DNA of 64,000 nt, taken from NCBI GenBank assembly GCA_964016885.1, contig OZ024742.1:92504001-92568000 (forward strand). Reading direction: 5' to 3'. The notes beneath the pieces were generated by a model, which was given only the letters and a program-made list of their open reading frames with translations, was not told the origin of the DNA and searched no databases. The translations under genes were made by a program, and so were the position numbers. The stretch is from Eledone cirrhosa. Taxonomy: Eukaryota. The stretch's first letter is position 1, and every line of letters begins with the position of its first letter. Below, piece by piece: positions 13,992-27,630 of this stretch.

Positions 13992-14041
13992 TTAAACCAC
14001 ACATCCAAACCTAACTTAGTTGAAACAACAAAGTGACTTAC

Positions 14042-14099
14042 TATTGGTCCTCATTGGTGTTGGTGTTGATTCATTATGTTGTTTATCGTATCTTAATTT
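14042..14099 (-). CDS. STX5: Syntaxin-5 coding exon 7 (divergent linker)
   Basis: tttctag|KLRYDKQHNESTPTPMRTN+A|gtaagt; 58 nt bridging phase 0 to phase 1 exactly as required. Confidence 0.8.
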
Positions 14100-15657
14100 C
14101 TAGAAATAAAAATGGGAAAAACAGAATTATCCGCTTTGTTATGTTTTTTTTTATTTAATTATTACAATTTATAATAATTGAAAAATAAAAAATACATTTG
14201 CTAGCATGGAAAATGGATGTTAAACAATGATAACAATGATGATGATTTGGATTATCATTAATTTTATAACAAATATAGAATAAAAGAAATCATTATTACT
14301 ATTACTAAGTGATGCCATGGAATTTCCAGTTTAATTAGAAACAACCATCAAGTATTCAAGATCAATACAGCCTTTTATGTGTTTTACTAATAAGTTATTG
14401 TACATACTTGAATATAAGCCAAGGATTATGTGACCAAAAAATTGATGGTAGAAGGGGGTTGATTTATATTCAGGGTTAATATTTTAATTATTTTCACCAA
14501 CTTCAAATTGTATGTGAATAAGGTTTGAATTTTTGCTCATTTTTGAGACATAAAATAGTGGGGTTAGCTTATATTTGAATATATACAGTATATATACAAA
14601 TTATTTATATATATATCATCATTTAACGTCCATCTTCCACGCTAGCATGGGTTTGGACAGGAATGTTCCCACTTGAGGCAAGTTTATATATATGTATGTA
14701 AATTGATACACCCTATATACACATATAGATAATATATTATCAAATGGAACATTTCATTCATAATTTAATGACAAACAGCATTTTTCATACAGCATAGATT
14801 TAAAAAACAAAATTTTCAGCACAACCTCCCTCCCCCTCTCTCTCTCTCTCACCATCCCCTGTCTACAGTGTGACTGAAGTTTGAAAAAGTAATTTGTCTT
14901 TTAGTTCTCTCTCACACACACACTCTTACTTTCCCCTTTCCATAAATATGTGAAATAAAAAGCCATATCAATATAAAAAAATTATTGTTATCATCATCAT
15001 TGTTTTAAATCAATTCTTCATGCTTACCTGGGTTAGACAGGTTAACACATTCTGGAGCCAAACATGTCAAATGACTGTCTTGCTCACTTGTTTTATGGTT
15101 TCCATGGCTGTATGCCCTTCCTAATAGTAACCACTTCATGGCAAGTACCAGTTGCAGTTTATTGTGGCAAGGTGGGATGGGTGCTTTTTATCATGGCACC
15201 AGAATGTTTTATTTTATCAACAACAGAAGTGAAAAAACTAACCTTGGTGAGGTTTGAATCCAAAAGAGTAAGGCATCTAACCAGTGAGGTTTTTCCCAAC
15301 ATATTTCCCCAAAAATATACAACACTGTAAAGTCATGACAAAAAGCACACCGAGCCAACACTGTAAAGTGATCGTGTAGATGTAAGGACAAAAAGCACCC
15401 AGTCCACACTGTAAAGTGGTTGTATAGGTGTCATGTTAAAAAGCATCCAGTACACACTGCAAATATGGTCGGCATTAAGGGCATCCATAGCATAGAAACC
15501 AAGTCAGAAACAGTTCTGTATGAGCAAGACATGGTCATCTGATCTGGCTTGTCTCACAATGAGACAACTCATCTAACCCATGCTAATTGGAAAAATGGAC
15601 ATTAAACAATGATGAGGATGATACAAAGATACCCAACAATCCAAAATAGTAACTTAC

Positions 15658-15714
15658 CTCTGTATGGTCTTCCAACACTTCTTTGAAGGAATTAGACATT
15701 GTCGCTAATCTTGA
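15658..15714 (-). CDS. STX5: Syntaxin-5 coding exon 6
   Basis: ttgcag|SRLATMSNSFKEVLEDHTE|gtaagt; cf. SKLASMSNDFKSVLEVRTE. Confidence 0.95.
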
Positions 15715-15841
15715 CTGCAATTAAAAAGAGAAAATAACACATAACTGACTGCGGAATACTGGATCAAGTAGAATTTTGCTGCTAACTAATGTTACACTGA
15801 AAGATAGTGTAGAATTGCTAACTCCATTTACAGTAAAATAT

Positions 15842-15941
15842 AGAGTGTCCCCCAAAAATGTATACATACTTTGATTTCTTTTACAGGCAATATTTATTAG
15901 AATGCTGTTGAAGTGTGTATACATTTTTTGGGACACCCTGT
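15842..15941. mobile_element. Tc1-like micro-MITE
   Basis: TIRs agagtgtccccaaaaatgtatacat / gtgtatacattttttgggacaccctg, TA flanks. Confidence 0.7.
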
Positions 15942-16348
15942 AGACAACATATAGTGACTTAGTTTACAATCACAAGATTGCTGATTGACACTGTAATCAG
16001 AAAAACAATGGAGAGATGCTAACTTCGTTTACAGTGACAGGGACAATGGAGAGTTGCTAACTTGGTTTACAGTAATAGGGACAATGGCAGGTTACTAATT
16101 GGGACTCTAATCAGAAAGACTTTGTAGAGTTGTTAATTTAGTTCATGGTCTCAGGGAGAATGTAAGATTACTAACTGAGCTTACAACCAGTGGTGGTGAG
16201 GATGGTGGAAACAGTGGAAAAAGATAGTGGTGGTGATGGTAGTAGTGCTCATTGTGATGGCAGTGGTGGTGGTTATGGTGTGGCAGTGACAGTTGGTTTA
16301 AGATGGAGGTGATGACAGTGTAAGGTAATATAAGAAAGTTGTACCCAC

Positions 16349-16426
16349 CTGAAGTGCAACAACCATTGAATTGGAATGACTCTTGCGTTGTGGTTTCCCT
16401 TGATGGGTATGTGGCATTTTTGCAAC
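16349..16426 (-). CDS. STX5: Syntaxin-5 coding exon 5
   Basis: cctcag|VAKMPHTHQGKPQRKSHSNSMVVALQ|gtgggt; cf. 'QTHSNTIVVSLQ'. Confidence 0.93.
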
Positions 16427-16625
16427 CTGAGGACAGAATCAATAGTCAAGATGAATTTAGTTCCTTCAGAAACCTTTCATAACAACTTCTACTGCTGACA
16501 TTCTCAAACAAAACGTAATGTTTTAAGAAACACTATCAAAACCAAAATCTTTGCAGGCAATCTGTTGCAAACAGATATAAACTGGTGTAAAGCAACTTCA
16601 ACATTCAACTATCGCACATCATATA

Positions 16626-19600
16626 AAGCAACTTCAACAACCAACTCTCACAAACAATAACAATACTAGCAACTTCAACAACCAGCTCTCACAAACAATA
16701 TCAATACTAGCAACTTCAACAACCAACTCTCACAAACAATATTAATACTAGCAACTTCAACAACCAACTCTCACAAACAATATCAATACTAGCAACTTCA
16801 ACAACCAGCTCTCACAAACAATATCAATACTAGCAACTTCAACAACTCACTCTCACAAACAATATCAATACTAGCAACTTCAACAACCAGCTCTCACAAA
16901 CAATATTAATACTAGCAACTTCAACAACCAGCTCTCACAAACAATATCAATACTAGCAACTTCAACAACCAGCTCTCACAAACAATATTAATACTAGCAA
17001 CTTCAACAACCAGCTCTCACAAACAATATCAATACTAGCAACTTCAACAACCAGCTCTCACAAACAATATCAATACTAGCAACTTCAACAACCAGCTCTC
17101 ACAAACAATATCAATACTAGCAACTTCAACAACCAGCTCTCACAAACAATATCAATACTAGCAACTTCAACAACTCACTCTCACAAACAATATTAATACT
17201 AGCAACTTCAACAACCAACTCTCACAAACAATATTAATACTAGCAACTTCAACAACCAGCTCTCACAAACAATATCAATACTAGCAACTTCAACAATCAG
17301 CTCTCACAAACAATATCAATACTAGCAACTTCAACAACCAGCTCTCACAAACAATATCAATACTAGCAACTTCAACAACCAACTCTCACAAACAATATCA
17401 ATACTAGCAACTTCAACAACCAACTCTCACAAACAATATCAATACTAGCAACTTCAACAACCAGCTCTCACAAACAATATTAATACTAGCAACTTCAACA
17501 ACCAACTCTCACAAACAATATTAATACTAGCAACTTCAACAACCAACTCTCACAAACAATATCAATACTAGCAACTTCAACAACTCACTCTCACAAACAA
17601 TATCAATACTAGCAACTTCAACAACCAGCTCTCACAAACAATATCAATACTAGCAACTTCAACAACCAGCTCTCACAAACAATATCAATACTAGCAACTT
17701 CAACAACCAGCTCTCACAAACAATATCAATACTAGCAACTTCAACAACCAGCTCTCACAAACAATATCAATACTAGCAACTTCAACAACCAGCTCTCACA
17801 AACAATATCAATACTAGCAACTTCAACAACCAACTCTCACAAACAATATCAATACTAGCAACTTCAACAACCAACTCTCACAAACAATATCAATACTAGC
17901 AACTTCAACAACCAGCTCTCACAAACAATATCAATACTAGCAACTTCAACAACCAGCTCTCACAAACAATATCAATACTAGCAACTTCAACAACCAGCTC
18001 TCACAAACAATATCAATACTAGCAACTTCAACAACCAACTCTCACAAACAATATCAATACTAGCAACTTCAACAACCAACTCTCACAAACAATATCAATA
18101 CTAGCAACTTCAACAACCAGCTCTCACAAACAATATTAATACTAGCAACTTCAACAACCAACTCTCACAAACAATATCAATACTAGCAACTTCAACAACT
18201 CACTCTCACAAACAATATCAATACTAGCAACTTCAACAACTCACTCTCACAAACAATATTAATACTAGCAACTTCAACAACCAGCTCTCACAAACAATAT
18301 CAATACTAGCAACTTCAACAACCAACTCTCACAAACAATATCAATACTAGCAACTTCAACAACCAGCTCTCACAAACAATATTAATACTAGCAACTTCAA
18401 CAACCAACTCTCACAAACAATATCAATACTAGCAACTTCAACAACCAGCTCTCACAAACAATATTAATACTAGCAACTTCAACAACCAGCTCTCACAAAC
18501 AATATCAATACTAGCAACTTCAACAACCAGCTCTCACAAACAATATTAATACTAGCAACTTCAACAACCAGCTCTCACAAACAATATCAATACTAGCAAC
18601 TTCAACAACCAACTCTCACAAACAATATCAATACTAGCAACTTCAACAACCAGCTCTCACAAGCAATATCAATACTAGCAACTTCAACAACCAACTCTCA
18701 CAAACAATATTAATACTAGCAACTTCAACAACCAGCTCTCACAAACAATATCAATACTAGCAACTTCAACAACCAGCTCTCACAAACAATATTAATACTA
18801 GCAACTTCAACAACCAGCTCTCACAAACAATATCAATACTAGCAACTTCAACAACTCACTCTCACAAACAATATTAATACTAGCAACTTCAACAACCAGC
18901 TCTCACAAACAATATCAATACTAGCAACTTCAACAACTCACTCTCACAAACAATATCAATACTAGCAACTTCAACAACCAACTCTCACAAACAATATCAA
19001 TACTAGCAACTTCAACAACTAACTCTCACAAACAATATCAATACTAGCAACTTCAACAACCAGCTCTCACAAACAATATCAATACTAGCAACTTCAACAA
19101 CCAGCTCTCACAAACAATATTAATACTAGCAACTTCAACAACCAGCTCTCACAAACAATATCAATACTAGCAACTTCAACAATCAGCTCTCACAAACAAT
19201 ATCAATACTAGCAACTTCAACAACCAGCTCTCACAAACAATATCAATACTAGCAACTTCAACAACCAACTCTCACAAACAATATCAATACTAGCAACTTC
19301 AACAACCAACTCTCACAAACAATATCAATACTAGCAACTTCAACAACCAGCTCTCACAAACAATATCAATACTAGCAACTTCAACAACCAACTCTCACAA
19401 ACAATATCAATACTAGCAACTTCAACAACCAGCTCTCACAAACAATATTAATACTAGCAACTTCAACAACCAACTCTCACAAACAATATCAATACTAGCA
19501 ACTTCAACAACCAACTCTCACAAACAATATCAATACTAGCAACTTCAACAACCAGCTCTCACAAACAATATCAATACTAGCAACTTCAACAACCAGCTCT

Positions 19601-19884
19601 CACAAACAATATCAATACTAGCAACTTCAACAACCAACTCTCACAAACAATATTAATACTAGCAACTTCAACAACCAACTCTCACAAGCAATATTAATAC
19701 TAGCAACTTCAACAACCAACTCTCACAAACAATATCAATACTAGCAACTTCAACAACCAACTCTCACAAACAATACCAATACTAGCAACTTCAACAACAA
19801 ACTCTCACAAACAATACCAATACTAGCAACTTCAACAACAAACTCTCACAAGCAATATTAATACTAGCAACTTCAACAACCAAT
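16626..19884. repeat. Minisatellite, 41-bp unit, ~79-80 copies, inside an STX5 intron
   Basis: Unit actagcaacttcaacaaccagctctcacaaacaatatcaat in tandem with few variant positions; no spacers. Confidence 0.98.
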
Positions 19885-20776
19885 TCTTGCAAGCAACGTT
19901 GAGTCCACTCTGGAGTAGAAATGACAGAACTGAAAGTGCGGTTGTGTTGTTCATGTTTCAAGAACACAAACGGCCACAAACGGCCACAAACTCAGAACTG
20001 CAATGCAATAAAACACTCATCAATTTTACTATGCTACCCCTACTAACATCAATGAGCTATGCTCCAAGTTCTGGTACCTATTTACAACTAGGTGGCCTGA
20101 CCAATGGACACAATGCCAAATGCCTAGATATCTCTCAATATTGTATGTATTGATTTGGCTGTTCTTTTTGTTTATCAATTAGGTAGGAGGTAGGGTAGAA
20201 CACATGACCATTTTCAGAACCTCCAAGACAGATTGGAAGGAAAGAGGTAGTTATCCTTAAAATTGAAACCTTATCCAAGTGCTTGCAAAAGAGCAAACTG
20301 TTTCAAAGCAGCTAAGAGACAGACAGAAGTGTTAAACAAGGTGATAGGATACAGGATTTGAATTCAGAATGTAAAGAGCTGGAATAAATACTGCAAAGCC
20401 TCCTATCCAATATTATAACCACGCTGTCAGTGCATTGCCCTAGGCTGGTTCTTTATCAACCTTTAAAGGACAGAAGGCAAAGTTGATCTTGCTGACAATT
20501 AAATGCAGAATGCAAAGCACTACAATGAATTACAAAAGTCATTTCATCTTGTGCTCTACTGCTTCTACCAGCTTCAGTGCAAATAAATACAACCACTACC
20601 ATCTCTCACAGTAAACTTTCTCAACAAACTTCTATCACAATTAACTCCAAACACAATTTTCTTCTTCAGCCTAACCTTTCCACTGATCTCCAGTTTTTTT
20701 AAATAAATTCTGGACAAATATAAAAGAACAAAATAAAGTAAGAGTGAAAGCTCCTTGACCAAAATCATAGACTGAC

Positions 20777-20889
20777 CTCTTGAAGTGCAGCTATCTGTTT
20801 GTTAAGACTTGTTATATCTTGTTTGATGATAAAAATCAGTTCTTCAATATCTCCTTGTTTATTATCAAACATGGAACTTCTTTTAACCA
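20777..20889 (-). CDS. STX5: Syntaxin-5 coding exon 4 (Habc)
   Basis: ttaccag|(L)VKRSSMFDNKQGDIEELIFIIKQDITSLNKQIAALQE|gtcagt; cf. AKRKSLFDDKAVEIEELTYIIKQDINSLNKQIAQLQ. Confidence 0.97.
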
Positions 20890-21145
20890 CTGGTAAAAAA
20901 ACAAAACAATGAGAATGTTGTTATAAGAATCATTAAAGCACTGACTTAATTTAAATGGTTAATTCTTTTGATAGCAAACTGCATGAGACCAACCCTGGCT
21001 CTGTGATACAAAGCTATTTATCATCATCATCATTACCATTTTGTATCTATTCTTTTTTGTTTTTGTTTTACATATTAGCATAATAACCATATAGACATTT
21101 ATATATCGGTGTAAATCCTTTTTGAACAAGGACAATACATAATAT

Positions 21146-21226
21146 ACAGAGTGTCCCCCAAAAATTGACATCATTTCGTAGTCTAATAACATCTCAAATG
21201 ATGTCAATTTTTGGGGAATACTCTGT
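21146..21226. mobile_element. Tc1-like micro-MITE
   Basis: cagagtgtcccccaaaaattgacatcattt / aaatgatgtcaatttttggggaatactctg inverted ends, TA flanks. Confidence 0.7.
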
Positions 21227-21256
21227 ATATTTAGTAATGAAATCAGAGTAGACAGA

Positions 21257-21591
21257 GGTTTACTCAGCTGTAGAAATGAGATGATAGGACTGGGGTCTCT
21301 ATCATTCCACTGCAAAGTGGTCGTGGAGGTGCCACAGCAAAAAATCACCCAGCCCACACTGTAAAGTGGACGTGTAGGCGCCACGGGAAAAAAGCACCCA
21401 GCACTCACTGTAAATGAGGTTGGTGTTAGGAAGGGCATCCAGCTGTAGAAATCAAGCCAGAATCAGTTCCCATATGAGCAAGACAAGGTAAGCCGACCAG
21501 ACGCTGCTCACAACAGGACAACCCGTCTAACCCATGCTAGCGTGGAAGAACGGACATAAAACGATGATGATAATGATGATGATGATGATGA
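21257..21591 (+). mobile_element. 5'-truncated copy of the tRNA-SINE with RTE-derived tail
   Basis: Shares body tttactcagctgtagaaatgagatgatagg with 25327-25380 and its tail with the RTE 3' UTR; (GAT)n end. Confidence 0.85.
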
Positions 21592-21994
21592 TATATATAT
21601 ATATATATATATATTCATTTAAGTTTTGTAGTTCACCAATGGATAGAACTAATCATTCTGTTTAGTTAACTATGATGTAATAGTAGGAAGAGTACTCTAC
21701 GTTACACAACTCATCCATCATTGATGTTGAATCCTGTGGCTGGTGTAGGAACAGAGTTAAATATTTGATCAAAATAACTGGTAATATTCCTTTAAAGTTT
21801 TACTGTTGCAAAAAAGACTACATATATTCAATGGCATGGTTATGTAAGATCCTAGAGACATCATCATATGTGGATTGCATAATTAATTAATCAATAAAGG
21901 AATTACGGCAAACACAAACAGAGAAAATATTTGATTCGGAGATAGCCCACAAAATAGGTGTTATTGTTGCTGCAGACCATCTCCGATTTTTAAT

Positions 21995-22054
<60 letters not shown>

Positions 22055-22259
22055 TATATATATAAACATATATATACATATATAATGGGTGCCCACATAG
22101 TTTCATACTAAATTTCACTCACAAGACATTGGTCAACCAGAGGCTACTGCCTGAGGTATCATGCAGTGGGACTGAACCAGAAAGCCAAACAGCTATGTCT
22201 GTGCTATTTTTCTCACCATTAGTTTTACTTAAAAAGACAGCCCAGTCATAATTACTTAC

Positions 22260-22315
22260 ATAATGCTAGTTTCTCTAGTTTGAATGATGTGTTGGCTAAG
22301 TTTTTCCCAACTGAC
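22260..22315 (-). CDS. STX5: Syntaxin-5 coding exon 3
   Basis: tttcag|(R)SVGKNLANTSFKLEKLAL(L)|gtaagt; cf. RIGKDLSNTFAKLEKLTIL. Confidence 0.95.
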
Positions 22316-22946
22316 CTGAAATGAAAACCAAACACAGAGTCAACCATAAACAAAAAATAATACATATTTTTTAATGAAATTCTGCAGGGATATAATTTCC
22401 ATAAATGATGAATTTTATTTTTTTAAATGATAGTAGATGAAATTTATTTTAAAAATTGAGACATAATTGGCAGGACCAGGTATGCAGATACTATTGCAGA
22501 TACTATGCAGATACTATTGCAGAGAATTCCCTGAGGATGTTGAAATGGAGTAGAGATTGTTCAGCTCAACAGGTTCTGCTTCAGCTGTTAAATGTTGTGA
22601 GCAAAAGAGGCTTGGGGCGATGCCAGATGGCAGAGGACCTCTTGGTTCAATTAAGAGGTTAAAGAAGCCAAACTCGCTATATTCAATTCCATATTCATGC
22701 CAACCCTTACCTACATTAATGAATCTTAAGTAATGACTGAAAGGATACAATCATGAATAGAAGAGACCAAAATGGGGTTCCTTTGAAGAGTCTTTGGAAT
22801 AACGTTACTTGATAGAGTGCATAGTTCGGAGTTCAGAGTCACTCCAGTTAGAGTTGCTACTTCTCCAAATTAAGAGATTGCAGCACTGAATGGTGGTAGC
22901 AACAGTGATGATGATTTAATTTTTTTACTTGCTTTCATTATTGTAT

Positions 22947-23133
22947 GTGGATTGGCAGTATTGGTAGAGGGTCGGACGCCATGCTTTGACGCATAGAGTT
23001 ACGGCCCTTGCCATTCTGAGTTCAAATCCCGCCGAGGTTAACTTTGCCTTTCATCCTTACGGGGTCGATAAAATAAAGTACCAGTAATGCACTGGGTAAT
23101 TGATGGTCTTGTGCCAAAAGTAGAAACAATTAT
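22947..23133 (+). mobile_element. SINE (second family, tRNA-like A/B boxes)
   Basis: tggattggcagtattggtagag...gagttcaaatccc...ctttcatccttacggggtcgataaaataaagtacc...gtgccaaaagtagaaacaatta; copies at 13627-13802 and 57895-58078, fragments elsewhere. Confidence 0.85.
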
Positions 23134-25087
23134 TGTATAATTCTATATTTTAATTTGTGATTGTGTTTGTAGTAGGCTACATGGCATGGTATACTAATTC
23201 TAAAATCTAGGATACATACACACATGCACATATATTTATATCCATACACATATGTGGATGTATATATAATTGTTAATATTCCCGTCTGGAATGAAAAGAA
23301 CCACAGTTCAAGACAAGTTACACAATACAGGGAGTAGGGTGGATATATTCTATTTATTAGATAAACAACTCAGTTCTGTTTCCTTCCTGAAGAATTATTT
23401 GGGAATAAAACGAAACTAGAAATTGAAAAATAAATAAAGTCTGACATAAGCAGACGTGGATAAAGAAAAGCATTGGACATGACTTTTCATCTCAAAAGAA
23501 ATAAAGTTGTTATTGTTTAGACCCAGGTCACTCCTGATATAAGAACTATGATCAAATTTATTTCGTCTTTTGTATATCAGGGACTAGATTATGCACTGGA
23601 ACATTTCTTTAATTCTTAAGACGGTAGACTAGGCTGTTCTTTTTAGCGGACCGAACGAACGCGTTCAGATTTTCCAGTTTCTCTTTAATTCTTTAGTGTA
23701 CTATATGTTTAGGGGAGATAACTCTAACTATATCTTCAAGGGAAATAACTGTAGGCAAAGTACAATAACATGTCAGTAAATGTTAATTGTTTCTACTTTA
23801 GGCACAAGGCCAGCAATTACCCAGTGCATTACTGGTACTTTATTTTATCGATGTTAATGATGTTTAAATATAATTTACACAGAATTTATTGGGAAGGCTG
23901 ATTATATTGATCATTGTTTTACGTCCGTTTTCAATGCCGGCATGAGTTGGACGGTTTGTCACAGCTCTGTCTTGCTCATATGTTCCATACTTGGTGTAGT
24001 TTCTATGGCTGAATGCTCTCCTGCTTAACACCAACCACTTTAATGAGTCACTTGGTGCATTATACCACGACACCAGCACTACCACTTTGCAGAGTGAACA
24101 TGGTGTATTTTATCGTGGCACCAACACTAATCTTTTGTGACACCAGCACTGCCACTTTATAGAATATACTAAGTACATTTTATCATGGCACCAGAGTGTA
24201 CTGGGTGTTTTTGTGGCACCAGCACTACCACATCACAATTATAATGATATATTTTGTTCTTCATTCTTGCTGTTTTCTCTCTCTGTCATATATGTAGTAC
24301 CAGTTGTTTGATGTATGACACTATGGACGCAACATGGCCAAATGTTGAAGAAGTTCACTTTGCAATAATAAAGTCCCAGGTTCACAATGGTACCCTATGT
24401 TTTCATGAGTAATTAAGTATCAAGGAGAATGGACTTCCTCTGGAAGTATGCAAAACAAATGTATCTTAAAACACAGATGACTTTTAAGGGTTGGTGTTTA
24501 CCATCTCTGATTACATATCCTTTCATTGTATTAACTAGGTGTGAAATTAACATTAACCCTCTTGATAGGATGCTGGTATACAACAGGTAACATTTATAGA
24601 TCATCTAATAGGCCTCTGTTCCTTCTGACAGTATGTGAATTGAGCTAATTTAAAATACAATGTTCTACAACAGAAACATAACAGAGATAATGAGAGATAA
24701 ATCTTCCTTTGGACAGAGAAAAACAAGAGAAGAATCGACCCTAGTGCTAGACAGGTACTTTTGATCCTGAAAAATGAAATCTAAAGTATTTCATTCTTTC
24801 CAGATTAGAACTCAGATCATTGAGTGCCAGAATGGAGACCACAACACATCATCATTACTGTTTTTACATTCATTTTTCTCTGCTAGTCTTTTGGAGGCAG
24901 TGTTTTATAGTCAGATGTTTTTCCTGACACCTACCCTATTAGTTAACCCTAACAGTACGCAAGGATAGGATACAGCGTACCTATTTTAAAAACTGGGATA
25001 AACATTGTATATAATGATAACAAATGAACTTAAATTGAATGTTGGGTAAACAGAAAAAAGCTCAGACAAATTTCTAAAAAAACTGAC

Positions 25088-25158
25088 CGAGATCTCAATG
25101 TGAATTCTGTCGTCTGGGGTTGGTTGCGGTGCTGTTGGATTGAAACAAGACCATTGTT
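25088..25158 (-). CDS. STX5: Syntaxin-5 coding exon 2
   Basis: tttcag|NNGLVSIQQHRNQPQTTEFTLRS(R)|gtcagt; cf. NGIQ...RSEFTLMAK. Confidence 0.9.
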
Positions 25159-25206
25159 CTGAAATAGATATAAAACAAGACAATATAAATATAGTTAACA
25201 TAACAT

Positions 25207-25548
25207 GAAGGCACATGGCTTAGTGGTTAGAGCATTGGCCTTGCAATCGAAAGGTTGTGAGTTCAATTCTCAGACCAGGTGATGTGTTGTTTCCTTGAGC
25301 AAGACACTTTATTTCACATTGCTCCAGTTTACTCAGCTGTAGAAATGAGATGATAGGGACTGGGGTCCCTATCATACCACTGCAAAGTGGTCGTGGAGGT
25401 GCCACGGCAAAAAAGCACCCAGCACTCACTGTAAATGAGGTTGGTGTTAGGAAGGGCATCCAGCTGTAGAAATCAAGCCAGCATCAGTTACCGTCCCACC
25501 CTTGCAAGCAGGGAAAAGCGGACGTAAAATGAATGATGATGATGATGA
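25207..25548 (+). mobile_element. tRNA-derived SINE with RTE-LINE 3' tail
   Basis: A box tggcttagtgg, B box gtgagttcaattc, conserved body, then sequence matching the RTE 3' UTR and a (GAT)n tail. Confidence 0.9.
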
Positions 25549-26161
25549 AATAATATACCATAACATTAACATAATATAACATAAGATAAACTAGAGAGGA
25601 CACTCTGGCTTTGCCAAGAATCTGACAACCTGCACATATACACTCAGTAAAGTGCATAGCAATCAGAGACAGTATAGGGTGGAGAGGACTCTCCACTCTG
25701 ACTGAGCATATGGCTTCATTAATGTTGGAAAAATGATAAAATGCATTGATTACACTCTGTAAAATGGTTGGTGATAAAACAGATACAATATACAGCCTGA
25801 GAAGACTTTTCAGTTTGGCTGAGAATATGACAATCTCTGGTGCTAGTGCCACAATAAAAGGCACCCAGTACATCATATAAAGAGTTAATACTGGAGCCAT
25901 GATAATATGCATGAAGTCCATTTTGTAAGGTCATTGGCAGTAGGAAAGGTTTCCAGTCATAAAAACTATGACAAATATGAAACATACAAGCAAGAGGTTT
26001 CTTCAATTTGCCTGGTCTTCAACTGTGACAACCCACCCAACCCATGCCAGCATTAAGGTAGAGGATGATGATGAACATGGCATATAGAACTCAACATTAT
26101 TTTAATGCATGTTTTGAGTATTTCCAAAGCAATATTTATATATACATATATACTGAGGTCG

Positions 26162-26192
<31 letters not shown>

Positions 26193-27630
26193 ACACTAGT
26201 ATATACTAGTGTATATAAAATATTTAAACATTAACTGAATAATCACTCAATTCATGTGAGCAGAGTATAAGATAAGATGTATTTTCTAAAGAAGCATACA
26301 TCAAAACTTAGAAGTCATTGCCACCTTTTGAGTCAGAAATAGATACATACGTACTGTAAGGTGGTCATGTTGGTGACACAAGTTCCCAGTCAACACTGTA
26401 AAGTGGTCATTTCAGTGCCACAAAAAAAAACACCCAGTCATAACTGTAACATATGGCTGGTGTTAGGAAGAGCATCAAGCAGTAGAAACCAAGCCAAAAT
26501 ACAGAGCCATATGAGCAAGACATAGTTTTTAGACCTAACTTGTCTCATAATCTGACAACCTGCCTAACCCATGCTAACGTGAAAATGGACATTTAACGAT
26601 GATGATGATATCTACATTGCCCAACACATGCAAGCATGGAAAATCATCATCATCAATTTACATCCGCTGTTCCACACTATGGGCTGGATGGGTCTTTTTC
26701 AGTACAGCCTCTCTCTACATGTCATCTAAAACAGTGATGATGATGATGATCTAAGAGACTAACAGGGCAAAAAAATGTAAGCATTGGTGCTGAAAGTTTA
26801 AGAGGAGGCTATTTTGTTAGTACTGTGTTCCCACTATAGTGGTAATAGCCTAAATGTAATCTCTACTAGATTCCCATTAATACTGTAATGAACAACGCAT
26901 ATAGAAAAAAGAAGATAAAACACTAAAAATAGGCAAGCGCTCACAGAGCAGCTTTATAGTTACATATCTTTATAACTCATTGTTAATGGTGTCCTCTAAA
27001 GCTGTTGTTTACATTTGTTTTTAATTGAAAAAAACAGATTTTTTCTGCAATGAAATGAGCATATGATGAACCCAGCACCCCGTTTTGTAAACAAGCAAGG
27101 CCTAGACTCTTTACAGTGGAGGAAAATATTGATATATATTCTATGGATGAAAATTAGTTTAACTGCATCCATTACTCTTGAGCTGTGTATGCAACTATTT
27201 ATTTTTTTGCTCAGGAACCCAGGTGAGGGGTAAAGTTAGACACAAGAGCCCAGGTCTGAGTGGGTTAAGGTTAAAAATAAGTTTAATACAATATACAATA
27301 ATGCACAATATAAAAGTATTAAATCATAGTAAAGAATATGTATACATGACTACCCAGTAGTTTGAGACAAACAATGACAGGAGGAGGAGGATGATGATGG
27401 TGTTGAAAGAGAGGGTGGTAGAAGAGGAGGATAATGGAGGAGGAGGTAGAAGAGATTGATGATTGAGGGGTGGAAAAGGAAAATGATGATGATGATGATG
27501 GAGGAGGCAGCTAGAAAATGATAGAGGTGGTGGAAGAGGATGGTGACAAGAGCAATAACAACAAAAAGATGTGAAAAGAAGATAAGAAGAAACCAAAAAA
27601 TTACAGAAAAATATAAAAACGAGTACATAC

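Noticed and set aside
16626-19884. CRISPR-like array or repetitive protein-coding region
   Set aside because: Head-to-tail identical units with no unique spacers, no cas genes, eukaryotic intron; 41 bp is not a multiple of 3 and no long ORF spans it
19791-19979. ORF at the minisatellite edge as a possible STX5 exon
   Set aside because: No STX5 similarity; exons at 20777 and 16426 already join in frame with the expected sequence
25212-25280. tRNA gene
   Set aside because: A/B boxes are present but the sequence runs into a SINE body and tail; no convincing acceptor stem (same for ~4301-4365)
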